Part shown: positions 29,110-39,910 of the stretch, one piece after another
Numbering within the stretch: the first letter of the stretch is position 1
Layout: each line of letters begins with the position of its first letter
NCBI GenBank assembly: GCA_964428655.1
Contig: CAYRYE010000001.1
Span: 137,328 to 201,327, forward strand
Length of the DNA stretch: 64,000 bases
Source: an uncultured Gammaproteobacteria bacterium
Lineage (GTDB): Bacteria; Patescibacteriota; Microgenomatia; UBA12405; JAHJSD01
Direction: 5' to 3'
Translations under genes and position numbers: made by a program
The notes under the pieces: generated by a model
What the model was told of the DNA's origin: nothing
Databases searched by the model: none
The model's input: the letters and a program-made list of their open reading frames with translations, nothing else

Positions 29110-29778
29110 ATGGAACTTTTAGAATCTCCCAAGCCTAAAGAGGAGATAGAACCAGCTAAACTAGCAGAAAAGAAAATTGAAAGGGTCAAGAAACCTTCAA
29201 AGTGGGGAATATTGATTGTTTTGTTTTCAACCGTATTATTAGGGGTGATAGCAGTTGCTAGTGCCATTAGGCTCTATCAACTAAGGGAAAAACCAATTGC
29301 GCCTACTGCTCCTGAAAAAACGCCGGCTCAAGAAATTACGCCGACTCCAACCCCAGTTCCTGCTTGTTTTTTAAGTTTTTCCATTTCTAGTCCCACTCCC
29401 ACGGCAACATTGACACCATCACTAACGCCAACTGGAACTTTAACACCGACATTGACTCCAACCGCAACTCCATCATCAACGCCAACACTGACTCCCACGG
29501 CAACATTGACACCATCACTAACGCCAACTGGAACTTTAACACCGACATTGACTCCAACCGTAACTCCCACACCAACCAGCACTCTCACTCCTGTCCCCAC
29601 ATCTACCCCAGCGCCTACTAATACTCCGGTTCCGACTGGTGTTCTGGTGCCAACTAATACTCCAATGCCAACCCCGACTCGAGTCGAACTGCTTGAAGTT
29701 GGAGTTACCTTTCCTTCACATTTATTAATTCTTTTGGGTTCAGTCATTGGTCTTGGGGGTTTACTACTTCTCTTTTAA
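29110..29778 (+). CDS. Bitopic surface protein consisting mostly of a Thr/Pro-rich repeat stalk with TM helices at both ends.
   Basis: N-terminal TM ([20 protein letters not shown]), TPTLTPT repeats encoded by a 96-bp tandem DNA repeat, and a C-terminal TM. Confidence 0.5.
   Translation: MELLESPKPKEEIEPAKLAEKKIERVKKPSKWGILIVLFSTVLLGVIAVASAIRLYQLREKPIAPTAPEKTPAQEITPTPTPVPACFLSFSISSPTPTATLTPSLTPTGTLTPTLTPTATPSSTPTLTPTATLTPSLTPTGTLTPTLTPTVTPTPTSTLTPVPTSTPAPTNTPVPTGVLVPTNTPMPTPTRVELLEVGVTFPSHLLILLGSVIGLGGLLLLF
29395..29570. repeat. 96-bp tandem direct repeat (about 1.8 copies) encoding the Thr/Pro-rich stalk.
   Basis: actcccacggcaacattgacaccatcactaacgccaactggaactttaacaccgacattgactccaacc recurs with a 96-bp period (29395 and 29491). 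Confidence 0.8.
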
Positions 29779-29787
29779 CTTGTTTGA

Positions 29788-31056
29788 ATGAGAGTTGGCA
29801 TTGTTGGCGGGGGAATAACAGGCCTAGTAATTGCTCATGAAATTGTTAAAAGGGGAAATGAGATCTTTCTCTTTGAGTCTGGGGAGAAACTGGGAGGATT
29901 AGCTAGAACTTTTAAAAAACAAAATTGGCACTGGCCCCTGGAAGAATTTTTTCACCACTTCTTTATCTTTGATGATCAAGTTAAAAATTTTCTAAAAGAG
30001 CTAGGTTTAGAAAATGAATTATTTTATAGAGATGTTAAGACTTCTATTTATTTTGAGGGAAGTATTTACCCCTTTGATTCTGTTTCCGACTTTTTAAGCT
30101 TCCCTCATTTGGGCTCGCTAGACAAGTTAAGAATGGGTTTGGCTATTTTTGTCTTGCGTCAATTACCATTTTTACCTATTTTTGAGAAATATACGGCGTT
30201 GGATTTATTTCCCAAACTAATTGGTGCTTCAGGCTGGGACACTGTTTGGGGAAGATTGATGGAAGGTAAGTTTGGCGGTTTTAGCAATAAAGTTTCTTTT
30301 TCTTGGCTTTGGGCTCGGGTTAAGATGAGAAGCAAAAGTTTAGGCTATTTGAACGGTGGTTGTCAAAAGATTTTCGAGGAGTTAAGAAAAGGACTAAAGT
30401 CCAAAGGAAAGATATTTATTTGCAGTCCAGTTAGTAAAATTAGCCCTTTGAAACCAGGGTGGAAGATCAAAACTGGGAATAAAGAGGTTTTAGTGGATAA
30501 GGTTGTTTTGGCGATTCCCCTTTCCCAGGCTCTTGATCTAACTCAGCAACTTATCACCAAGGAAGAATTAGATCAGTGGAGAAAGTTGGAAACAATTGGG
30601 GCTTTGGTTTTGGTTCTGAGAATGAAAAACAAGTTTTTGTCTGGCGGGACCTATTGGCTCAATATCCTTGAGAAAGAATTTCCATTTGTTGCTTTAGTTG
30701 AGCATACTAATTTTGTAAATCCGGAGAATTACGGTAATGAATATCTGGTTTATGTGGGGGGATACTATGACCCAGACAACCCTTTATTTAATTGGTCTAA
30801 GAAAAAAATCTTAAGTCATTTTTCTCCCTATTTAAGACGCCTAAATCCCTCATTTGAAAAATTTTTAATCGATTTTGATGTTTTTTCTTCTCTATGCGCT
30901 CAGCCGATTATTCCAACAAACTATTCTCGGATAGCTCCTTCCTTAGAGCTTGTTCCCGGGAGTGTTTTTTGGGCTACGGCTAATCATATTTATCCTTGGG
31001 ACAGAGGGATGAATTTTTCTATTAAACTGGCCAAAGAAGTTGCCAAACTTGTCTAA
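29788..31056 (+). CDS. FAD/NAD(P)-binding Rossmann-fold oxidoreductase (protoporphyrinogen-oxidase / amine-oxidase / UDP-galactopyranose-mutase-like).
   Basis: N-terminal VGIVGGGITGLVIAHEI...FESGEKLGGLART dinucleotide-binding motif; 422 aa. Confidence 0.65.
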   Translation: MRVGIVGGGITGLVIAHEIVKRGNEIFLFESGEKLGGLARTFKKQNWHWPLEEFFHHFFIFDDQVKNFLKELGLENELFYRDVKTSIYFEGSIYPFDSVSDFLSFPHLGSLDKLRMGLAIFVLRQLPFLPIFEKYTALDLFPKLIGASGWDTVWGRLMEGKFGGFSNKVSFSWLWARVKMRSKSLGYLNGGCQKIFEELRKGLKSKGKIFICSPVSKISPLKPGWKIKTGNKEVLVDKVVLAIPLSQALDLTQQLITKEELDQWRKLETIGALVLVLRMKNKFLSGGTYWLNILEKEFPFVALVEHTNFVNPENYGNEYLVYVGGYYDPDNPLFNWSKKKILSHFSPYLRRLNPSFEKFLIDFDVFSSLCAQPIIPTNYSRIAPSLELVPGSVFWATANHIYPWDRGMNFSIKLAKEVAKLV

Positions 31057-31081
31057 TTCTGGTTCCTCCTTTACAATGTGA

Positions 31082-32014
31082 TTGATGGCAAAAACCAAAA
31101 ACTTTCTGAAAGGAATTCTTAAATCAATGCGTCCAGTTCAATGGACTAAAAATTTGGCTGTTTTTGCAACAGTTATCTTTAACGGTAAACTGTTTGAATC
31201 CCCTTTTTTTAGCAAAAGCCTTTTGGCTTTTATTGCTTTCTGCGCTCTTTCTTCATCTTCTTACTTGATTAATGATGTTGTTGATATTCCTTACGATCGC
31301 TTTCACCCTCAGAAAAGAAACAGACCAATTGCTAAAGGCGACATTACTCCTGCTCAGGCGATTTATGTTTCTCTTTTCCTGATGTTTTTGAGTATTGTTT
31401 TATCTTCTTTCTTAAACCTCGGTTTCATTTTACTGCTTCTGATTTTTTTGACTGTTCACTTAACTTATTCATTTTATTTAAAGAAATTTGCTGTTCTAGA
31501 CATTTTAGCGATTTCCTTTTCTTTCATTCTCCGCACTTTGGGTGGAGAAATAGCTACCGGTTATCATTTGCCGGTTTGGTTGATGTTTGCTGTAGTTTTT
31601 TTATCTCTTTTTATTGCTAGTGGTAAAAGAAGAAGTGAATTAGTTGTTGAGGGCTCAAGGACGAGACCGGCTTTGAAAAAGTATGGTAAAGAACTTCTTG
31701 ATTTTTATGGTGCAATTTTTGCTGTTTCTACCTTACTTTCTTATTCTTTATTTGCCTACTTGGTCAAACCACTTGATTTTAGTCATCCCAGGATTAGAGA
31801 TTTCTTGATTAAGAATATGCCTTATCTAATTGGGCGTAAATGGCTGATGATAACAATTTTCCCAGTGATATTTGGGATTATGCGCTACTCCCAGTTGGTT
31901 CTTGAAAAAAAGAGAGGGCAAAGGCCTTCCCAACTTTTGGCCTCTGATATCCCCCTTTTGGCAACGATTCTTGTTTGGGGTTTAATGCTCATCGCAATCG
32001 TTTATGTTTTCTAG
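31082..32014 (+). CDS. UbiA-family prenyltransferase (decaprenyl-phosphate phosphoribosyltransferase-like / polyprenyl-P sugar-phosphate transferase).
   Basis: NDVVDIPYDRFHPQKRNRPIAKGDI (NDxxDxxxD motif) and 8-9 TM segments. Confidence 0.75.
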   Translation: MMAKTKNFLKGILKSMRPVQWTKNLAVFATVIFNGKLFESPFFSKSLLAFIAFCALSSSSYLINDVVDIPYDRFHPQKRNRPIAKGDITPAQAIYVSLFLMFLSIVLSSFLNLGFILLLLIFLTVHLTYSFYLKKFAVLDILAISFSFILRTLGGEIATGYHLPVWLMFAVVFLSLFIASGKRRSELVVEGSRTRPALKKYGKELLDFYGAIFAVSTLLSYSLFAYLVKPLDFSHPRIRDFLIKNMPYLIGRKWLMITIFPVIFGIMRYSQLVLEKKRGQRPSQLLASDIPLLATILVWGLMLIAIVYVF

Positions 32015-33599
32015 TCTTCCTCTTGTTTTCTTTTCAATCATCACTAGGCTTTTTGGACTTCCGTGGGGTGAGAGTTTCTTTTTTCATCCCGACGAGAATA
32101 ACATGGCTTGGGCAGTGGGCAGAGTTTCTTTGTCTAATCTAAACCCTCAGTTTTTTGCCTATGGTCATTTCCCTTTATATTTAGTCTATTTCAGCTATCA
32201 AGTTTTAAGGTTTGTTTTTTCTGGAATGGTCTTTGGGGAGATTACTTTTCCTTTGGCAGTCTATCTTCTTCGTTTTTGGTCAGCGTTCTTTTCCCTTATT
32301 ACTCTTATTATTGGTTGGTTTCTGGCGAAAGAAGTCTTTGGTAAAAAAATATGGGCTAAAATTTATGTTTTGCTTCTCATTTTCACTCCTGGATTAATTC
32401 AAATGGCGCATTTTGGCACTACCGAGTCGGTTTTAGCTTTTACCGCTGTTGGCTTGGCCTATTTTTCCCTCAAATTTGCTAAAACTAAGGAATTACGATA
32501 TTTATTTTTACTCTCTTTGATTTCTGCTGTTGGTTTGGCTTCAAAAGTTAGCGCTGCCCTTTTTCTTCTTTCTCCTGCCTTATCAATTTTAATTTTAGAG
32601 AATGAAGAGAAAAAGATTAAGTTTTTGAAAAAAACTAAGTTCTTGTTATTTTATGGTCTGACTACAATCATGCTCACTTTTACTTTTTCACCTTATACTT
32701 TTTTAGATTGGCAGGAATCTTTAAGAATTCTGAGTTATGAATCTAATGTAGCTCGTGGCATCACATCCATTTTTTACACTCGTCAGTTTATCAATACTAG
32801 ACCAGTTATTTTCCAACTAACCAAAGTTTTCCCTTGGATATTGGGATTGCCAATGTTTGTTTTAATTTTATTCGGCCTAGCGTTCTTTTTTACTCGATTA
32901 ATTAAAAGAAAAATTTCTCTAAATACTAAATACTTAGTACTAAATGCTATTTTTCTTCCTTGGCTTCTTTTTAATGCCTTTCTTTTTACTAAATGGACTC
33001 GGTTTATGACTCCAATCCTGCCATTTTTAGTTTTGTTAGTTGTTTGGCTTTTGCGGGAATTAAAAAAAATTTTAAAAAAGCAGCACTTTTCTATTCTTTT
33101 CTATTCTTTTCTATTCTTTTCTATTCTCCCCGGCATCTTATTTATGAAACTTTATTTTTCTCTTGACATTCGAATCTGGGCCAATAGTTGGATAAACAAG
33201 AATTTACCCAAAGGTTCAGTAATTTTGTATGAGGGTGGGAATATTGTTGATTTGCCTGGAATTGATGGGCAAAAATTCAAAACTGTTAATATTGATTTTT
33301 GCCATCTGGACGAAGACGCTCAAAAAACTGAGGAATTAGAGAAGAAAATTAAAGAGGCGGATTACTTTTTATCTCCCTCGCGCCGGATTTTTACTAATTA
33401 CCCTCGTTTGCCAAATGAGTTTCCAAAGACAGCTCGGTTTTACCAACAGCTTTTTTCCGGAGAATTAGGTTTTGTTCCCATTAAAGAATTTCATCCATTT
33501 GGTTTTTTGGGAGAATTACTTTTAGGATCTGACTTAATTTCCGAAGAAACCTGGACTGTTTTTGATCATCCAACCATTCGTTTGTTTAAAAAAATCTAA
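32004..33599 (+). CDS. GT-C-type membrane glycosyltransferase-like protein (ArnT/PMT_2/DUF2298-like) with an HPDE motif.
   Basis: FFFHPDENNMAWAV after TM1, polytopic, and a C-terminal TVFDHPTIRLFKK shared with the 34462 paralog. Confidence 0.55.
   Translation: MFSSLPLVFFSIITRLFGLPWGESFFFHPDENNMAWAVGRVSLSNLNPQFFAYGHFPLYLVYFSYQVLRFVFSGMVFGEITFPLAVYLLRFWSAFFSLITLIIGWFLAKEVFGKKIWAKIYVLLLIFTPGLIQMAHFGTTESVLAFTAVGLAYFSLKFAKTKELRYLFLLSLISAVGLASKVSAALFLLSPALSILILENEEKKIKFLKKTKFLLFYGLTTIMLTFTFSPYTFLDWQESLRILSYESNVARGITSIFYTRQFINTRPVIFQLTKVFPWILGLPMFVLILFGLAFFFTRLIKRKISLNTKYLVLNAIFLPWLLFNAFLFTKWTRFMTPILPFLVLLVVWLLRELKKILKKQHFSILFYSFLFFSILPGILFMKLYFSLDIRIWANSWINKNLPKGSVILYEGGNIVDLPGIDGQKFKTVNIDFCHLDEDAQKTEELEKKIKEADYFLSPSRRIFTNYPRLPNEFPKTARFYQQLFSGELGFVPIKEFHPFGFLGELLLGSDLISEETWTVFDHPTIRLFKKI
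33087..33126. repeat. Decanucleotide tandem repeat (ttttctattc, 4 copies) inside the GT-C gene.
   Basis: Read directly; encodes FSILFYSFLFFSIL. Confidence 0.85.
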
Positions 33600-33616
33600 G
33601 ATGGTAGAATAATGAG

Positions 33617-33830
33617 ATGTCTCTTTTTGGTGGTCCGATTACTCCGGAACTGCAAAGTGCACTTGCGTTGCATCATGCGGGTGCATTTGAACGGGGAAAG
33701 AGGAGTTTTCCCGTTGCCGAGGAAAGGTCTGAAAAACTAACACCTAGAAAACCAACAAAAAAGAGATGTCTTTTTAAGCCTAGGGTTAGGCAAGGTGGAC
33801 AAGAACCGGCTACTCCGCGGACATAATTTA
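33617..33830 (+). ncRNA. Candidate structured noncoding RNA or leader (GC-enriched intergenic block; the 69-aa Arg/Pro-rich ORF here is probably spurious).
   Basis: About 50% GC in a roughly 36% GC context; hairpins (aacgggg...ccccgtt; gtgcac...gtgcat); flanking agagatgtct direct repeats; the ORF composition is atypical. Confidence 0.2.
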
Positions 33831-33837
33831 TCCTTAT

Positions 33838-34473
33838 CTAAAACAAACTTTCTTGTTTTATTTCCTTTTTTTGCTTATCAATAGGTGCTTTTTCTTTAAT
33901 TTCTTTTGTTTGTTTTATAATCTCTGGGATCTTAAGGAAGTCTTCTTTTAATTGTTGCATGACATTGCCGTTTCTTAAACCAGCGGCAGGATGATACATA
34001 GGAATTATTAACAGTTCCACTCCTTGCCAAAGAATTTTTCTTGGTTGGCTGTGAACTTTCGAGATGTAAACACTGGGAATAAAGTAGTTCATGGCAAACC
34101 GGCCCAGAGTGATAACCACTTTTGGTTTAATGATTAAAAGTTGTTGTTTTAAATGAGGAGTACAAGCGTCAATTTCAGCTGGAAGCGGGTCGCGATTATT
34201 GGGCGGCCGGTGTTTTAAGATGTTGCCAATAAAGACATTTTCACGCTTGATATTGATTGTTGCTAATAGTTGGTCAAGTAAATTTCCGGCCGCGCCGCAG
34301 AAGGGAATTCCTTTTTGATCTTCCCAGTAGCCTGGGGCTTCGCCAATAAAGACAATTTCTGCGTTTGGATTAGGCCCGCCCGGAACAGAATTGGTAGCCG
34401 TTTTATAAAGAGGGCATTTTTGGCAATTTTTAACTTGTTCAGCAGTTTTTGCTAATTCCTCTTGGTTAGACAT
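33838..34473 (-). CDS. udg: Uracil-DNA glycosylase, family 4 (Fe-S containing).
   Basis: CQKCPLYKT...GEAPGYWEDQKGIPFCGAAGNLLDQLL...HPAAGLRN motifs. Confidence 0.8.
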   Translation of the reverse strand: MSNQEELAKTAEQVKNCQKCPLYKTATNSVPGGPNPNAEIVFIGEAPGYWEDQKGIPFCGAAGNLLDQLLATINIKRENVFIGNILKHRPPNNRDPLPAEIDACTPHLKQQLLIIKPKVVITLGRFAMNYFIPSVYISKVHSQPRKILWQGVELLIIPMYHPAAGLRNGNVMQQLKEDFLKIPEIIKQTKEIKEKAPIDKQKKEIKQESLF

Positions 34474-36165
34474 ATAATTATGTTAATGAAAAGATTTGCT
34501 TTAAGCAAACAAAAACTGATTCTATTTTTAATTTTGGTCTTTGGATTTGGACTGAGAGTTTATGGTCTCAATTGGGACCAGGGATTTCATTTGCATCCGG
34601 ATGAACGTTTTCTGACCATGGTTGGGACAAAAATTCAGCAGCCTAAAAGCATAAAAGAATATTTTGATACTTCAAAATCGCCTCTTAACCCTTACAACAA
34701 TGGCTACGATTTTTTTGTTTATGGCCCTTTTCCTGTTTTTTTAACGAAATTTATTGCTGGTAATTTTGGCTTGGACAATTACGCCGCCTTTAATCTAGTT
34801 GGTAGGTTCCTTTCAGCCCTCTTTGATGTTGGCATTATTTTTTTGCTTTTTAAAATTTCAAAAAGTATTTGGCCCAGTTTTCTTTATTCATTAATGGTTT
34901 TGCCAATTCAGCTTTCTCATTTTTTTGCGGTTGATATTTTTTTAAACTTTTTTTTAGTTTTGACTTTCTACTCGGCTTTAAATTGCCCAGCGATTCTAAC
35001 AGGTATATTTTTAGGTTTGGCGCTTTCTTGTAAAATTTCTGCCATTTTATTTTTACCAGTAATTGGTTTAATATTTCTTTCCAAGTTTAGATTTGATCTT
35101 AGAAAACTATTTTTTACTACTTGCTACTTACTACTAGCTGCTTTCTTATCTTTTCGGTTTTTTAGCCCCTATTCTTTTTCTGGTCTTTTTAAAATTAACC
35201 CTCAATTTTTAAAGAATTTGAAAACATTGAATTCCTTTAATAATCCAGATGCCTGGTATCCACCAGCAGTTCAATGGATTAAAACTAAACCAATTATTTT
35301 TCCGGTGAAGAATTTATTCTTTTGGGGATTGGGCGTTCCAATGGGAGCGATAATGATTCTATCTACATGTTTATATATCTATAATTCTGTAAAAAGGAAA
35401 ACCATTCAACCACCCGCCTGCAACGCTATGTGTAGCATTGCGGGTGGGTTTAACCATTTAACCATCTCTCTTCTTTGGATTTTCTTTTTATTTTTCTTTC
35501 AGGCTGTTCAGTTTGTTAAAACCATGCGCTACTTCCTACCGCTTTATCCATTTTTGACTTTAATGGCAGGTGATTTTGTTTTAAAACAGTCAAGAAAATT
35601 TAAAATTTTTGTTTTGCCATTTTTGTTTGTTTATCCCCTTGCTTTTATTTCTATTTACTCTCAGCCTCATTCTCGGGTAGCCGCCTCACATTGGATTTTT
35701 GAAAATATTCCTCCAGGGTCAGTTGTTTCTTGTGAGCATTGGGATGACTGTTTGCCTTTAGGAATTGGCGGCAGAAACGCCTCAATTTATCAAACAAAAA
35801 TGCTTTCTCTTTTTGATCAGGATACCGAGGAGAAGTGGCAAGAAATTTCTAGACAGCTAGAAAAAATTGATTATTTAATTCTTTCTTCTAATCGACTTTG
35901 GGATTCAATTCCAAAAGTACCGGAAAGATACCCAGTGACAACAGAATATTACCAAATGCTTTTAAAGGAAGAGTTGGGCTTTAAGAAGATTAAGGAATTT
36001 ACTTCCTATCCTAAATTGGAAATTGGAAATTGGAAATTGGAAATTCGCGACGGAGTTGCAGAAGAAGCATTTACTGTTTATGATCACCCAAAAGTGATGA
36101 TATTTATTAACGAACATGAACCTAATCGAGAAGAGTTTCTTGAACGATTTTATCCCACTCGATAG
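34462..36165 (+). CDS. GT-C-type membrane glycosyltransferase-like protein, paralog of the 32004 gene (HLHPDERF motif).
   Basis: FHLHPDERFLTMVG after TM1; C-terminal TVYDHPKVMIFINE; polytopic, 567 aa. Confidence 0.55.
   Translation: MVRHIIMLMKRFALSKQKLILFLILVFGFGLRVYGLNWDQGFHLHPDERFLTMVGTKIQQPKSIKEYFDTSKSPLNPYNNGYDFFVYGPFPVFLTKFIAGNFGLDNYAAFNLVGRFLSALFDVGIIFLLFKISKSIWPSFLYSLMVLPIQLSHFFAVDIFLNFFLVLTFYSALNCPAILTGIFLGLALSCKISAILFLPVIGLIFLSKFRFDLRKLFFTTCYLLLAAFLSFRFFSPYSFSGLFKINPQFLKNLKTLNSFNNPDAWYPPAVQWIKTKPIIFPVKNLFFWGLGVPMGAIMILSTCLYIYNSVKRKTIQPPACNAMCSIAGGFNHLTISLLWIFFLFFFQAVQFVKTMRYFLPLYPFLTLMAGDFVLKQSRKFKIFVLPFLFVYPLAFISIYSQPHSRVAASHWIFENIPPGSVVSCEHWDDCLPLGIGGRNASIYQTKMLSLFDQDTEEKWQEISRQLEKIDYLILSSNRLWDSIPKVPERYPVTTEYYQMLLKEELGFKKIKEFTSYPKLEIGNWKLEIRDGVAEEAFTVYDHPKVMIFINEHEPNREEFLERFYPTR
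35400..35463. repeat. 36-38-bp GC-rich imperfect palindrome (aaccacccgcctgcaacgcta-tgtg-tagcattgcgggtgggtt) inserted in frame, flanked by aaccattcaacc / aaccatttaacc direct repeats.
   Basis: Read directly. The same AT-rich module (aaccattcagcc-atttaaccatttaaccattcc) occurs uninterrupted at 39133-39166 in the 37772 gene. Confidence 0.7.
36013..36047. repeat. Heptanucleotide tandem repeat (aaattgg, 4 copies plus 1 imperfect) inside the GT-C gene.
   Basis: Read directly; encodes KLEIGNWKLEIR. Confidence 0.85.
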
Positions 36166-37267
36166 AAAATAATTTTTGGTCAAATAACTTTTTTGTCAGG
36201 GGAAGCTTTTTTGCAAAGTGGCCTTTTTCTTTTATTACTTCTATGATCGCTTTTGTTAGCCTTCGATGATTACCAACAGGAATAATTTTTCCCATGCTGG
36301 TTAATCCCACTGGCGTTCTTACTCCCGGTAAATTGCTGGCAACAACTGGGCAACCGCAAAGCATTGCTTCTGGTTGAACGATGCCAAATGTTTCTAGGTT
36401 ATTAGTGCTGGGCAAAACAAGGCAGTCAAAGTTGTAATAATAATTAACTAGTTTTTCATGTGAAATGGGTCCGGTAAGAACAACCCATTTTTGGTATTTT
36501 TTGAACAGTTTTTTTAACCTTTGATAAGTTTTATCGCCAATTACTTGCTTATAAGGGCCAATAAAAACTATTTTGAAGTCCCTAAAAGTGTTTTTAAGTT
36601 TTGGGATTGTTTTTAAAATTAAGTCTATGCCTTTTTCCCAGCCGATCCGACCGACGAATCCAATAATTTTAGTCTCTCTTTTTTTATCAATTGTTTTGGC
36701 TATTTTTTTAATTTCTTTGTTGCTTTTTTTACCAAGGATGATTGGGGGCAAGATAAATTCTGTTTTAGTTAGGAATTTAGAAAGAAACATTGAATGCTGA
36801 GCGTAATCTTTGGTATAAGCAACGATTTTGTCGGCCCAATGATAAACTAAATAGTGAGGAAAATAAGTTAGAAATTTAATAAGTTTCTTAGTAATGCCGG
36901 GAGCATTACCAAACTCGCAATGGTGGACCAAAACAATTGGTTTTCTAAAAATTTTTCCCCAGAGAGCCAACCAAACAGCTTCTAGCTGAGGAAGATGGCA
37001 AATAACTAAATCTGTTTTTAAGACTTCTTTTAATGAGGCAAGAGGAAAGGTGGGCATTAGAATTCCCTTGTTGATCTTTAGCGGAGACCAAATGCGGCGA
37101 ATGTAAATTTTGCCAATCTTTTCTTGCGTGAGGAGATTGTTTTTAAATTTGGAAGTTAAAATAGTTACCTGATCTTTTTTAGCCAAATCCTTAGCTAGTA
37201 CATCAGCATAAATGCTGACACCGCTGATATTAGGAAGATAGTAAGTGAGAGAAATTAAGATTTTCAT
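36122..37267 (-). CDS. Cytosolic glycosyltransferase family 4 (GT-B fold).
   Basis: GRIGWEKGIDLIL and EAMLCGCPVVASNLPGV (EX7E region) motifs. Confidence 0.8.
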   Translation of the reverse strand: MKILISLTYYLPNISGVSIYADVLAKDLAKKDQVTILTSKFKNNLLTQEKIGKIYIRRIWSPLKINKGILMPTFPLASLKEVLKTDLVICHLPQLEAVWLALWGKIFRKPIVLVHHCEFGNAPGITKKLIKFLTYFPHYLVYHWADKIVAYTKDYAQHSMFLSKFLTKTEFILPPIILGKKSNKEIKKIAKTIDKKRETKIIGFVGRIGWEKGIDLILKTIPKLKNTFRDFKIVFIGPYKQVIGDKTYQRLKKLFKKYQKWVVLTGPISHEKLVNYYYNFDCLVLPSTNNLETFGIVQPEAMLCGCPVVASNLPGVRTPVGLTSMGKIIPVGNHRRLTKAIIEVIKEKGHFAKKLPLTKKLFDQKLFSIEWDKIVQETLLD

Positions 37268-37771
37268 TTTTCACTAAAAATAGTTTTGTACCTTTTATTT
37301 TTTCTTTGAGGTAGTTAATTATAATTGGATCGTCATCAAAGAAATAATCAAGTTTTAACTTTTGGACCATTTCCTTTTTAAAAATATGTGGTTGTTGATT
37401 TTGTTGATTAATAATTATTTTTTGGAATAGTTGATTTATTTCGTTTTTTTCTAGCCAAACTTGAGTCCTTTTTTTCAAAAAACTATATCGGCCGGAGATA
37501 ATATAAATTTCGACATTTTTCTTTTTAGCCAGTTTTTTAATTGCCTCAAGATTTTTTCCCAACGGTGGGCGAAGTAATGGATGGTGACTAAGTTTTCTTA
37601 ACCAGATTTCTACCTTTAATTCGGGGAAACGGTATTTTTTTTGACGATTGCCGTGAGAACAGTAAAGCCATTCTAACAAACGCTTGGGCATAAAAAATGG
37701 TTTGCCAATAATAACACCGTCCAAGTCAATGCCAATTTTGATTTTTCGGCCAGAGGCGGACTTTTTAGTCA

Positions 37772-37772
<1 letters not shown>
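37230..37772 (-). CDS. HAD-superfamily hydrolase-like protein (putative phosphatase).
   Basis: N-terminal IGIDLDGVI (DxD motif I); 180 aa. Confidence 0.4.

Positions 37773-39910
<2,138 letters not shown>

Noticed and set aside
29328-29747. 139-aa and 62-aa minus-strand ORFs (VGVG-repeat proteins) antisense to the TP-repeat surface protein gene
   Set aside because: They are mirror images of the 96-bp tandem repeat and the Thr/Pro codon bias on the plus strand. The plus-strand gene has a signal anchor and sensible architecture, so the antisense ORFs are artefacts.
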